The notes beneath the pieces were generated by a model, which saw only the letters and a list, made by a program, of their open reading frames with translations, did no database searches and was not told the DNA's origin. 64,000 nucleotides of DNA from Carpediemonas membranifera BICM (lineage: Eukaryota > Protista > Fornicata), in assembly GCA_019828565.1 (NCBI GenBank), contig JAHDYR010000001.1, forward strand, positions 124,001-188,000, read 5' to 3'. This document shows positions 43,035 to 53,531 of the stretch, piece after piece. How positions within the stretch are numbered: the first letter of the stretch is position 1; each line of letters starts with the position of its first letter. The position numbers and the translations under genes are program-made.

Positions 43035-43493
43035 TCAAAAGGCAGAGATCACAACCCACCCGTGTGAGAAAGGCAGATTTTGAACCAGCCACAGGGATAC
43101 TAGAAGCAACGTAAACCTCGTCCACGATCCGATGAGTGATCTTTGTTGCAGGGACACCCTCAATGGGCTCTGGGACGGGGGTAGCTTCCATGGGCCCAAC
43201 AAGCTCACAGCCGCGTTCTTCTTGGGCTCAACGAGCTCTAGGACGGGGACAGGCTCCATGGGCTCAATGATTTTGGCTTCAGGATCACTGCGCTTGAAAA
43301 CGACGGGATCCGAGAAGATGCGGGGCCTGACGATAGGCTGAGTTTCATGCGCATTGCCAGTGTTATTGGCGATACTTCTATCGGAGTAGCTGAGAGCCAT
43401 GCCGATAAGCGGAATGAGGGCGAGGAAGAAGAGTGCAACGCGCGTTCCAGTGATTGTGGATTGGAAAATGCGGTTTGACAAGAGTTTGGCCAT
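43035..43493 (-). CDS. Array gene copy 8
   Basis: Identical 152-aa ORF. Confidence 0.55.
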   Translation of the reverse strand: MAKLLSNRIFQSTITGTRVALFFLALIPLIGMALSYSDRSIANNTGNAHETQPIVRPRIFSDPVVFKRSDPEAKIIEPMEPVPVLELVEPKKNAAVSLLGPWKLPPSQSPLRVSLQQRSLIGSWTRFTLLLVSLWLVQNLPFSHGWVVISAF

Positions 43494-44238
43494 AACACAC
43501 CTATTCTGTATTCTGTGGATGAGTCATGAGACTGTAGGACCGATAGAGACTGCCAGCGACATTTTGTCGTTTGTATCTTGACATAACCTGCACGCCACAT
43601 TTATCGGCCGAGTCTGCAGCAATGACGCCATTTATGGTTCATTGCGGTATGTATCCATGTTCTAGTGGCTCGCGTGCTTGGTCGGGCGTCGTGTGACATG
43701 TCAGGCCCAACTCTTGCCGACGGCCACGCATGCCCATCGACAGCCTCGAATCACATCGTCATCGTAATCAGTAGTTGTCACCGATGCCCTACCGCCACAC
43801 GCCCAGTTATGCTAAACTGCACATTGCCGTCCTTACCCTGCACATCTGTCACAATGGCACGTCACAGTGTCGCTCGCTAAATGGCAGTTTAGTGCAGCAT
43901 GGCGAGTATCCGAGAACTGCGGCAGAGAGCAGCACTAAGCGCCATTCCCGCCCCGTGGTGCCTGCACTGTCGCAGAACTCCTCGCACGACGGATATATGA
44001 ACGATATATGAACGATGGGGACAAAGAAAGCAAACACCTCCCACATTGCTCAGGGACATGCACGCAACCAGCTCTTCGAACGACCCCGGCTTCAAGTCTG
44101 CCGGTATATCAGCCTTGGTCCCGTCCATGACCCGCACCCGGACTCGACGGCTCAGTGCCACGGCAGCGCCGGTACTCCTCTACAACACCCACCCCCCGCA
44201 TCACTCCGATTTATATCCACACCAACCCGATCCAATGT

Positions 44239-45474
44239 CTACGCAGTATAAGGCCACATGGTGTCGTCCGGATGGGCGCACTGCCACGCCATGTTCGGCG
44301 GAACCACAGGGGCGGCCACCTTGGTGATAAAATCGTCCATGGGGCAGTACTCCTGGTTGCCACAGGCCGGCATACGAAGAAGCTCGCCCTGGTACGTCGC
44401 CCTAATGAACCAGGAGCTGGGGCCCTTGGTCCAGAGCTCGAGGATGACGTCAGCGGCATACGGCGGCCAGATGAAAGGCTGGGCGTTGCCGTTCAGGACC
44501 TGCACGAGAGGTCCGACCGTCGCATCGTGGCCGCTGTACGCGAACCACTTCACGGGCGTAGCGCCGCGGGAGACGGCGACAAAGTTGTGGACAAGCTCGG
44601 CGAGGAACTCACCGATGTAGAGAGACCGGAGCTCGCCGTTGGAGTTCTTCAACCCCCAGTTGAACTCGGCCGCGTTTGTGGCGATTTGGGCGATCTTGGA
44701 GTCGACCCCCGGGGGCAAGGGGATCCCGTGGGCCTGCCGGGTCGCCACGTTGTCGAATATCATCATCCACGTGACCTGTGCGCAGTCCTCAGCAGACCAA
44801 GCCTCGCACAGCTGGACCCGCACGGGCTCGATCGCGGCAAAGTACTTGTCCCACTCGAGCGAGCTGGTGATGTCAGCCTCGAGCTTCTCTCGCCTGGGGC
44901 ACGTGCCGTCTGGGGAGAAGAGGTACTCGCCACTGAGGTCGATAGTGTGGACGTCGAGGACGGTGCCCCGGGAATTAGGGTATATGCCAGAGATCTGGTG
45001 CTCCAGACTGGCCTTGGTCCGCTGGATGTCCGTCGTGCGGAGGTACATGAGCTCTGGCGTGAGTGTGGCGGGCAGGAGGCCGAGGGTGGAGACGTACCGC
45101 TCCCGGACACGGACGCCGAGGTCGTAGTGCATCTTCCCGCCCTCAACGGTGAGCTGGCCCTGCTGGCAGTTGCCGGGGACGTCGTTGTGGTGGCCAGTGC
45201 CGTTGCCCGCATCGTACGACAGCTTAAACAGAGGCGAGTTGGGGATAACACTGCCGTCATCGTACCATGTGAGCGTATGCGCATCGCAATGCCACGAAGG
45301 GTTCTTGTAGTCAAGAACAGAGGCAGGAAGAGCCCAAGCAGGGCTCCGGGCGCCGTGCCGGGTGATAATCTGTGCTGCCACGAGCTCCAACGCGCCATCG
45401 GATGAAGAACCGTCTTCAGCAAGAACCTGAGTGATAAAGAGTGCAAATGCAACGAAAATGGCCAGCTTAAACAT
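44239..45474 (-). CDS. Histidine acid phosphatase (branch 2), secreted/lysosomal
   Basis: Signal peptide MFKLAIFVAF; RHGARSP; GQLT; RT.ASL; YSGHDAT; PPYAA. Confidence 0.92.
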   Translation of the reverse strand: MFKLAIFVAFALFITQVLAEDGSSSDGALELVAAQIITRHGARSPAWALPASVLDYKNPSWHCDAHTLTWYDDGSVIPNSPLFKLSYDAGNGTGHHNDVPGNCQQGQLTVEGGKMHYDLGVRVRERYVSTLGLLPATLTPELMYLRTTDIQRTKASLEHQISGIYPNSRGTVLDVHTIDLSGEYLFSPDGTCPRREKLEADITSSLEWDKYFAAIEPVRVQLCEAWSAEDCAQVTWMMIFDNVATRQAHGIPLPPGVDSKIAQIATNAAEFNWGLKNSNGELRSLYIGEFLAELVHNFVAVSRGATPVKWFAYSGHDATVGPLVQVLNGNAQPFIWPPYAADVILELWTKGPSSWFIRATYQGELLRMPACGNQEYCPMDDFITKVAAPVVPPNMAWQCAHPDDTMWPYTA

Positions 45475-45676
45475 GTTTGGAAACAAGTTTGTGCGGCTGG
45501 TCTCGCTTTGACCCGAGTCACTGCGAGTCAGCCTACAGCCCCGGCAAGGGACGGCAGAAGGGCGGAGAGACCCGTAGTCGGCGGGTAACATGCGCCATAG
45601 TGTCGTTTTTCCCCCTTCGACCGCTAAAGCGGCCTTGTCATAAAGTGCACCTTCAACAACATCCAACAACGAAAGC

Positions 45677-47677
45677 ATGGCCGAGAATTTGTTCAACATC
45701 TTCAGTTCAGAAGGTGATACGTTTGTACGGCGAGAGGAGTTTGAACGTGCAGTAGAAGCATACTCTAAGGCGCTTGATATTCGGTCTGATTCGCGCAACG
45801 CACTTCTTAGTCGGTCTCGATGCTACGTCCGTCTCGGACAATATCAGCTAGCGCTTCAAGACGCAGAATCATGTATCGGCGGCGACAAAACCTTCCACAC
45901 GGGCCTTTGCCAAAAAGCAGAGGCCCTCTACGCCGCTGGCGACTTCGAATACGCCCTCGTCTTCTTCCACCGTGCCCACCGCATCCGCTCAGACATCATG
46001 GAGTACCAGCTGGGCATCAGGAAGGCCGAGTCAGCGATCAACAGGGCGATTGGCCTTGGACCAGAATCCTTCTCCCGACCGGGCACCTCTGCCACGTTCT
46101 CAGCGGCCATGCCGTCGCCCATGGAGCGGTCACTGAGATCATCGGGTGGGGTATCTATTCCAGCAACCCCCACCTCTGCTGCCGGCTCGGGGGCTACCAC
46201 GCCTTTGCCTAGGTCTGCTTCCCGCTCGGGTGGGGAGGGGAAAGTGAATCGGAAGCTCCTTGGCGAACTTTACGATGACCAAGAGTTCCTGAAGAAGCTC
46301 CTTGCAGAGCCAGGGATGCAACAGAACGAGAGCATGACCAAGGCGATATCCACCGGACTCGACTTCATCGACTCGAGAACGGAGTTCTGGCGACAGCAGC
46401 TGTCAACCCCACAGGCATCTCTTAGTAGGACGACGCCCCGCAGCTCCAGGCCCGGGTCGACTCGACCCAGCACGACAAACGGGAGGCTCTTTTCCGGGAG
46501 TCCGGCAAAGAAACGCCGGGCATCGCTTGGCGGAACCGCGAAACTTCCGGCAGCTTCCGGTAGTACCAGACCGCGCACGACGGTCCCGTCAGCACGAGCT
46601 ACTCGCAGTACGCCCACAAGTGCTCGGGGCCAGAAGTCCCAGTCCCAACGTGGTTCTAGGCGATCGTCCCTTACCTCAGTGCTTGGTCGGATCACGCCTA
46701 TCGACGAGAATCGAGCAGATACAGGCGTCATTGACCGCCTGCCCGAGCTCAGCGTCAATACTGCCTCCGAGGCTACCCCCAGCGTCACATCCTCCCCCGC
46801 CAACAGCAAGCAGGTCACCCCACGCCGTAACAGCACGCTCAACTCCACAGAGATGGAAGAACGCCGCCGTTCGATCCGTGCAACCCACTATGTGGCGAAG
46901 GTCATGTCCAACATCGAGGAAGCCCTGAAGACAGGGGCACCCGACCTTGCCCTGCAGTTCGGGAAGAGCCTGCTGTCCCGGCTGTCGACGCTAGAGGTGC
47001 CTGACCACGGCAAGGTCACGGCAGACGCCCACTCGGTCATGGGGACCATTTACATGGCACTCGACCGGCCCACGCCCGCGGTTATACACCATAAGAAGGA
47101 TCTGGACATCAGCCTCGAGCACGGGAACGTCGGCGGGCACATGCGCGCGTTGAGACAGCTTGCGAACGCGTATATCCGGCTCGACGACATCGATATGGCC
47201 GTGGCGGTGTCAACGAAGCTCATTGACGGAGAGTTGAATCCCCCATCGTATATTCTCGGAGAGGCCATGCTACAGCGTGGCAGGGCGAAGTACGAGCTCA
47301 AGAGGTTCTTAGAAGGCGCGCAAGACGCCGAGAAAGCGTTCGAGATTCTCATCCAGCCCGCGGAACCTCGCGAGCCAGGCACGGAGGGCGTAGACACCGT
47401 GCTCTTCGGCTTTGACGGGAACCTTGCGTCTACCCGCCCCGAGCTCCTCTTAGACGGCCTTTGTCTCCACGGAAGATGTCTCATGGCACTCGGTAAGGAC
47501 GCCGAGGCCATAGAGAGACTTCAGCTGTGCGTGCAGATGGCGAAAGAGAACGACGATAAGACTGCGCAGGCGGCCGCATTAACAAACCTCAGCGTGATTG
47601 AGCTCAGTCAGGGCAGGACCGAGCAGGGGAAGAAGCTACAGCAGGAGGCAATGCTGGTCAGTCAAGGTAGAGATTAA
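45677..47677 (+). CDS. TTC25: Outer dynein arm docking complex subunit 4 (TTC25-like TPR protein)
   Basis: N-terminal TPRs with KAEALY..GDFEYALVFFHRA, LGIRKAE.AI, LLGELY.D.EFL and R.EFWRQQ. Confidence 0.82.
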   Translation: MAENLFNIFSSEGDTFVRREEFERAVEAYSKALDIRSDSRNALLSRSRCYVRLGQYQLALQDAESCIGGDKTFHTGLCQKAEALYAAGDFEYALVFFHRAHRIRSDIMEYQLGIRKAESAINRAIGLGPESFSRPGTSATFSAAMPSPMERSLRSSGGVSIPATPTSAAGSGATTPLPRSASRSGGEGKVNRKLLGELYDDQEFLKKLLAEPGMQQNESMTKAISTGLDFIDSRTEFWRQQLSTPQASLSRTTPRSSRPGSTRPSTTNGRLFSGSPAKKRRASLGGTAKLPAASGSTRPRTTVPSARATRSTPTSARGQKSQSQRGSRRSSLTSVLGRITPIDENRADTGVIDRLPELSVNTASEATPSVTSSPANSKQVTPRRNSTLNSTEMEERRRSIRATHYVAKVMSNIEEALKTGAPDLALQFGKSLLSRLSTLEVPDHGKVTADAHSVMGTIYMALDRPTPAVIHHKKDLDISLEHGNVGGHMRALRQLANAYIRLDDIDMAVAVSTKLIDGELNPPSYILGEAMLQRGRAKYELKRFLEGAQDAEKAFEILIQPAEPREPGTEGVDTVLFGFDGNLASTRPELLLDGLCLHGRCLMALGKDAEAIERLQLCVQMAKENDDKTAQAAALTNLSVIELSQGRTEQGKKLQQEAMLVSQGRD

Positions 47678-47927
47678 AATGCTTTGCTGAGTTGCTGGCT
47701 TCTGGCGCTAAGCCGGCAGCTGCCGTGGTGGTCTGAAGGAACGATTAAGAAGTGAAACAGGAAACATTGTTTCAAAGCACGCGATTCCACGATTAAATGT
47801 CGTATACGGCCAGTCTTCTTTTTTGTTTGGTATACGTTAAATTGACATTAACACGTATCAACATTTTTTCATGCCATTCTTTTTTCCAGCTTTTTTTTTT
47901 GCAGCTTCCGTCGAAAGGAACCGTCTG

Positions 47928-48046
47928 GTATGTTATCACCTGTTGCTCCACAGCTCCACTGGTTGCAGTTCAAGCCATATCTATGGTAGTACTACCCAAT
48001 TTCTTCTTTTGAGCCTGAGCAGCATTGTCCTTCATCACTAACACAG
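47928..48046 (+). other. Putative 5'-UTR intron (119 nt) of RPL9 with an internal stem
   Basis: GTATGT...CACTAACACAG, ending 5 nt before ATG 48052. Confidence 0.65.
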
Positions 48047-48051
48047 AAATC

Positions 48052-48609
48052 ATGGACTCTTCTCTCACCGTCAAGATCCCCGAGGGTGTTCGCGTCGAAT
48101 GCGGCCGCCGCGTTGTTCGTGTTGCCGGTCCCCGTGGCCAGATCGTCAAGAGCTTCAAGCACGCCAACGTTGAGCTCAAGTCCAAGGCGGACGCCATCGT
48201 CGTCACCACCTGGTTCAACAACAACGCCCAGCTTGCCCTCCTCCGCACTGTGGCCTCCCACATCCAGAACATGATCACTGGTGTCACCAAGGGCTACCGC
48301 TACAAGCTCCGCTGCGCCGCTGCTCATTTCAACATCGTCTCCACCATCAACGAGAAGGACCGCACTGTTGAGCTTCGCCATTTCCTTGGTGAGAAGATGG
48401 TCCGCGTTGTCAAGCTCCAGGACGGCGTCACCGCCACCCGTGACCCCAACTCCAAGGACGGTATCGTCCTTGAGGGTAACGACATCGCCGCCGTTTCCCA
48501 GACCGCTGCTTCCATCCAGCAGTGCACCCGAGTCCGCAACAAGGATCTCCGTAAGTTCCTTGATGGTGCCTACGTCCAGGAGCGTGGCCCCATCCCCGAC
48601 GAGGAGTAA
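48052..48609 (+). CDS. RPL9: 60S ribosomal protein L9 (uL6)
   Basis: VAGPRG, SHIQNMITGVTKGYRYK, FLGEK, KDLRKFLDGAYV. Confidence 0.95.
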   Translation: MDSSLTVKIPEGVRVECGRRVVRVAGPRGQIVKSFKHANVELKSKADAIVVTTWFNNNAQLALLRTVASHIQNMITGVTKGYRYKLRCAAAHFNIVSTINEKDRTVELRHFLGEKMVRVVKLQDGVTATRDPNSKDGIVLEGNDIAAVSQTAASIQQCTRVRNKDLRKFLDGAYVQERGPIPDEE

Positions 48610-48984
48610 AGCCCTGGGCGGCACCATGTATATAATAAAGGCAAGCATTTTATTGCGTATTCACTTTCAAAATGGACCTGAATAAGTAAATAAATAAGCA
48701 AATTTACGTATTTATCCAGTTTACATTAGTGATTTGTGAAATGGGCACTTTTTGACCAAGTAGATATTGACTTGACTTGAATTAAAAGAAAGAATATTGA
48801 CTAATTTATGTAAAGTCCATATTCAGCGCGAATCAGCAATAATTATGGAGAGTCCAATGTCTCTCTAGGGTTGATCCGGCATCACGGCACTCGTCATCCT
48901 GGGCGCGGATCGATCAGCGTGGCGAGGAGCCTTCCATCGAATCGAAATGTGAAAACCACCGACACCTCAGGTCCTGCCTCGTCA

Positions 48985-49344
48985 TTACGCTACGACCGCC
49001 AGCGCGAGCACGACGGCGAGGATGCCGATGCGTACCCACACGGCACCCGACTCCAACACGTCGTCGAACTGCCACGTGACGATGGTCTTGGACGAAGTGA
49101 CATTGTCTGTGGTTGTCAGCGTCTTGTTGTTGATCATATAGCTGCCCTTCTCGACCTGGAAGCGTGTGGTCCAGCATTCTCCCGTGGCCACGCAGGGGTA
49201 GTCGGCGACAGCGTAGCTGAAGATGGACTCTGTGCCGTCGATCTTGTTGAGGTCGCTATCAGCGAGGAAGGATTCTGAGACAATCTGCTGGTCGGCCCCG
49301 GTGCCCTGGCCGTAGGTGTATGTGACCGCAGCCGCACGCCGTCG
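48985..49344 (-). pseudogene. Fragment of a type I membrane protein (no start codon)
   Basis: Open frame VTYTYGQG...DYPCVATGECW...RIGILAVVLALAVVA*, bounded upstream by a TGA with no ATG. Confidence 0.35.
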
Positions 49345-49450
49345 TCAGAGTTTTTTGGACGGCGGAGAGTCTGGAACGGTAGATATGCCGAGATCTGAGA
49401 GCGCAACAACTTCTCAGCGTGATATGTTTACACAAGTTGATCCAAGGCTC

Positions 49451-51001
49451 TCAGCTCTCCTCAATCTTGCCCTCATCCGACTCGGCCCCAGGGCCCTCTT
49501 CCTCGTGCTCGGTGGCCTCCTCCTCATGGTCCGACTCAAACTCTGAGTCAAACTGCGAGTCGTGCTCCTCGCCTTCTCCTTCGTCCTCCTCCTCGATAGC
49601 ACGGGCCTCGGCATCTTCATTCCCTGACGAGTCGGCACTGTCATCAAGGGCCAGAGGGGCGATGTCTTCGGTGGTCTCCTCCTCGGGCTTGGCCGCGTGA
49701 TACTTCGACATGAACTCGCATATTCCCGCAATCTTGAGGGCGAAAAGCTTGAGAGAAGGGATGTCTCCGTCGACCTCCACGCCCTCGGGAACCCTGACGT
49801 TCCTTACGAGGCCTGCAAGATGGTCCACACCCGCGGAGATATCCACAGAAAGAGCCTTGACCGCCTTGTTCCTGTCGCGCGCAGTGTCAGCTTTCTGCCG
49901 AGCTTGGGCGATCCTGGACTCGACCTCTTCGATTGTCCGACGCATCGAGGGCGCCCCAGACTCACCGCTGAACTTGGCGTCCTCGAGCTTGTGCCGGATC
50001 TCCTCGCACTGAGAGGAGAGCGCGTCAATATTGCTCTGAGCCTCGCTGGCCATGCGTTCGAGGTCTGCCTTAGTTTGTTCGCGAGTCTGAAGTTTTCTGA
50101 CAATTTCATCAACTGATTGGACCCCGGTCGCGTCAGCGATACGGGTCATGACGTCCTTGTACATAGAGGACTTGCTCACGGCCTCCAGGTTCTGAGCTGG
50201 CCGGGCTGTATTCATCTGGGCTGATTCATTCGCGGCCCGGATGAGATGGGCGTTCTTACGGACCTCTTCGCGGTCCTTGTATACGTCTTCGAGCTCCATG
50301 AGCTGCTCTACGTCCCGGCGGCGTTGTTCGAGGGCGCGTTCGCGGCGGATGCGTTCTTGTTCGACGCTCTCCATGGCGTCGCTAAGTTGGATGCGGAGCT
50401 GATCCACGGCGAACGTCGCGTTGTCACGGAGAGTTCCCAGTTCATTCAGCTCGCTCTCAGCAGCCTGGCACGAGTTTTCGAGCTCCGCAAGCTGGCTATC
50501 GAAGGAAACCCGCTCGCTTCTGAGACACTCTACGATCTGGTTATACGTCTTCTGCATGCTCTTAGCCTCGTTGTAGCGGATCGTCGCCTTGTCCAATCCA
50601 TCCTCCAGAACCTTCATCTTCTGACCCACACCAGTGTCCGTGTTGCGGGGGTCCGAGGCCTCAATGTCCACGCGCTGCTGCTCTTCTGCGATCTTGGTCA
50701 TCTCGCTGCGGATGGCCTGTGTGCGGTGCTTCTCGACGTCGATCGACTTACGGAGGCGGCAAACCGTCTCGTCGCTACGGCGGATATCGGCTTCAATAAT
50801 CAATGCAGGGTTCTTTTGGCCCCTCTCAGCTTGAAGCTGCAGCAGTGCTGTCTTCAGTTGCATGTTCTCTTCCTTCAGATCAGCGATCAGGTCTTTGTTC
50901 TGCCGCAATTTCATCTGAGTGGCCTCAAAAAACGCTTTCCGATCACCTTCAAGAAGATCATAGCGCTTTCTGAGTTCTTCTGTCCTCTCTTCGCCTTCCA
51001 T
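49451..51001 (-). CDS. CCDC151: Outer dynein arm docking complex subunit 3 (CCDC151-like)
   Basis: LLEGDRKAFFE N-terminal signature, LEDGLDKATIRYNEA..KTYNQI, long coiled coil. Confidence 0.8.
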   Translation of the reverse strand: MEGEERTEELRKRYDLLEGDRKAFFEATQMKLRQNKDLIADLKEENMQLKTALLQLQAERGQKNPALIIEADIRRSDETVCRLRKSIDVEKHRTQAIRSEMTKIAEEQQRVDIEASDPRNTDTGVGQKMKVLEDGLDKATIRYNEAKSMQKTYNQIVECLRSERVSFDSQLAELENSCQAAESELNELGTLRDNATFAVDQLRIQLSDAMESVEQERIRRERALEQRRRDVEQLMELEDVYKDREEVRKNAHLIRAANESAQMNTARPAQNLEAVSKSSMYKDVMTRIADATGVQSVDEIVRKLQTREQTKADLERMASEAQSNIDALSSQCEEIRHKLEDAKFSGESGAPSMRRTIEEVESRIAQARQKADTARDRNKAVKALSVDISAGVDHLAGLVRNVRVPEGVEVDGDIPSLKLFALKIAGICEFMSKYHAAKPEEETTEDIAPLALDDSADSSGNEDAEARAIEEEDEGEGEEHDSQFDSEFESDHEEEATEHEEEGPGAESDEGKIEES

Positions 51002-51362
51002 TAACTATCTATTGGATTAGGTTCGATTACCGAAATTTCGCACTTTAGCCTCTGTCCTTTGTGCTAATGAAGGACAGGAAACGCCATTAAGACTGAACTA
51101 TGTGCATCAATAGACGCATGCAGTTGTCGGTTGCGTATATTCACCGCTTGATTTGTAATATCTTCTTTGGAGCAGCGAATGAAGGGCGGAGAAGCATTGG
51201 TGTCTCAAAAGAAGTCTATAAAGTTGCAGTATAGCTCCAGGCAAGACGTTGCAAATGTGGAGGGGGACAGATCTCAGGTCAATCAGTTTGAATTAATCAT
51301 TTCCGAGCAGGGCAAGACGAGCGCCATTCTGAGCTTCCTTCTCAGCAGAAAACGGTTCAAAC

Positions 51363-52197
51363 ATGTCATCTCTCGTTGAATCTCTCGAACATGCTCTCTC
51401 ACCACCTGCGATGAATTCAGATCTGCTCAAGAAGTTCAAACTTGGCACTGTGAACCAGCACGCCGGACCTCTCATTATTGGCGTTGCAGGGGGTAGTGCT
51501 AGTGGCAAGACATCGGTTTGCAAGGTATGTAGTGCACGGAGGTACCGCTTCCTCTCTTAAGTGCCTCACACAGGTTATCGAAGGAATGATGAACCGTAGC
51601 GCCACCGTCGTCGCCCTCGACAGCTTCTATCACGACCTTACCGAGGAGCAGAAGCTCAACCCCAGCGCTGTGAACTACGATCACCCTGAGATGTTCGACT
51701 TTGATGCGCTCATCGAGGTTGTTCAGGGCCTCCGCCGCGGTGAGGCAGTGCAGGTCCCTGTCTACGACTACGTGACGTCCTCCCGGGTCGAATACACCAC
51801 CGTCCCTCCCGCAGACATTGTGCTCATCGAGGGCATCTTTGTGCTCCTCCACGAAGAGCTCCGCGACCTCTTCGACCTCAAGATCTTCGTCGACACGGAT
51901 TCTGACGAGCGCCTGGCGAGACGTATCGAGAGAGACATCGCTGAGCGCGGCCGCACTGTCCAGAGTGTGCTGACTCAGTACAGGCAGACTGTCAAGCCCG
52001 CCCACGATGATTTCATCCAGCCGACTATGCGGAACGCCGACGTCATCGTGCCAAGAGGTGTGGACAACAAGAGCGCGCTTGATATGATTGTGTCCTACCT
52101 CCAGTTCGTCGTCCTCCAGCACTCGGGAATGAACTCGCCCGCCGTCTCTCATGCTCAACTGCCTAGCATGAACCATGGCTACAATGGCCATCTTTAA
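51363..52197 (+). CDS. UCK: Uridine/cytidine kinase (join 51363..51524, 51574..52197)
   Basis: GVAGGSASGKT P-loop in exon 1; DSFY, NYDHP, IEGIF, RRIERDI.ERGR and AD.IVPRG in exon 2; 49-nt intron GTATGT...CCTCACACAG. Confidence 0.93.
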
Positions 52198-52334
52198 TCA
52201 TTATGTAAACGGCTAACGGTAGGGCAGGGTGGTGCGAGTGTCAAGGATCGTGAGATCGAACTCAATCTCGTGATGCTTTCAACCAAAAGACCAACCAAAA
52301 CCTGCACTGACAGGCAAAACCGATAAACAAAACC

Positions 52335-52948
52335 ATGGACCTCACGAAGCTATTCTCTGTGGATAAGAAGAGGTATGTGCTTTATATGCTTGAATCTCAC
52401 TTAGCGCTGAGTATAACCAGATGATCCTCTCCCAACGGGAGCACTTTGGGAACAGGGGCAACCCTGATGGGCCGCTAGGCTCTGCGCTCTCACATTTGTT
52501 CACATCTGGTGTTCGTAAGATCCAAGACAAGAAGAACGTCGCCAAGGGAAGCCTCATTGGAGCGACCATCGGCTTCATTTCATACGGCCCCGTTGGCGCC
52601 GCCGTAGCCGGCCTCGGCGCAGGCATCGCCAACAACGAGACGAACACATTCAAGAACGACGCGCTAGGCTTCTACAGGCGCCACCCTGAGCTCTTTAATT
52701 GCACGAATATCCAACTCGAACTATTCCTGAAGGCCAACCCCCACGAAACATTCTCCCGTTTCTCGAAATACTTCACCAAACTCGAAGTGTCTGCGCTGAA
52801 GGAATCTCTCAATTTCACCCGCTCAGAAAGCATCGAGACGCTTACTGACGAGCAGGTGCCGCCACCCCAGGTGCAGCCTACGGACAACGAGCCCAGCGCC
52901 CCGACAATCCAGAGCGTGACGTCCCCAGTGGTTGATGATCTGGATTAA
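52335..52948 (+). CDS. Hypothetical glycine-zipper membrane protein (join 52335..52372, 52405..52948)
   Basis: A 32-nt intron GTATGT...TCTCACTTAG joins MDLTKLFSVDKKS in frame; GSLIGATIG..GPVGAAVAGLGAG. Confidence 0.65.
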
Positions 52949-53135
52949 GTATAAATAATGAACGGAGGATCGTTTTTTAAAATACTTTTTTAAACCAGTC
53001 TTCGGGCAGTATCGCCACGCTAGGGTGAGCCAGATGTCACTCAGGAGGAGATTGCTCCACTTTAGTTGTGGGACGAGGGCGCATGTTGAGGTAGACTGCG
53101 CCGACTGATCACGACACATTTGGCTAAAACGATCC

Positions 53136-53531
53136 ATGTCTTCGGGAATCGAGCATCTGCTTGAAGCTGCAAACACAAACTTGATAGAGATGCGTAGAAG
53201 AAGAGAGGCCGACACATCAGAGCGTTTCGATGTCAATTTGCTGAATGCCATTGAAACTGAGCTAAGCATGGCTAGAGAACGCATTGAGCAGAGTTCAAGG
53301 CAATCATCTGGTTCTCCAACTGATTCTAGCTACAGAAAGTCGCTTGCCCGGCTTATTGAGCTGGAGGATGCATATGCTTCCGCTGCCAACGAAGCCCGCG
53401 ACGTGCAGACAGGTTCTGCCCAGCCAGACACAGTCGTGGACCGCATGGTTATTGCCGCGATTGCTACGGCCCTGCTGACCTCAGCCTTCCTCGTCATCAA
53501 GGGGCACTTCAAGACACTCGGCTTTTTCTGA
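53136..53531 (+). CDS. Small coiled-coil tail-anchored protein
   Basis: Coiled coil plus C-terminal hydrophobic helix MVIAAIATALLTSAFLVI. Confidence 0.6.
   Translation: MSSGIEHLLEAANTNLIEMRRRREADTSERFDVNLLNAIETELSMARERIEQSSRQSSGSPTDSSYRKSLARLIELEDAYASAANEARDVQTGSAQPDTVVDRMVIAAIATALLTSAFLVIKGHFKTLGFF

Larger units (their letters stand above)
34077..43987. repeat. Tandem array, ~1162-1163-bp unit, ~8.5 copies, near-identical
   Basis: Identical ORF sets recur at ~1162-bp spacing. Homology starts near 34077 and ends at CTCGCAC 43987. Only a few SNPs and 1-nt indels differ between copies. Confidence 0.97.

Noticed and set aside
34077-43987. Array as a CRISPR array, rDNA/5S or snRNA repeat
   Set aside because: There are no unique spacers. 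GCCGACGGCCA resembles a 5S start but the internal A/C boxes are missing, and no snRNA motifs were found.
45475-45798. N-terminal extension of the acid phosphatase ORF
   Set aside because: It overlaps TTC25 antisense; the signal peptide begins at ATG 45474.
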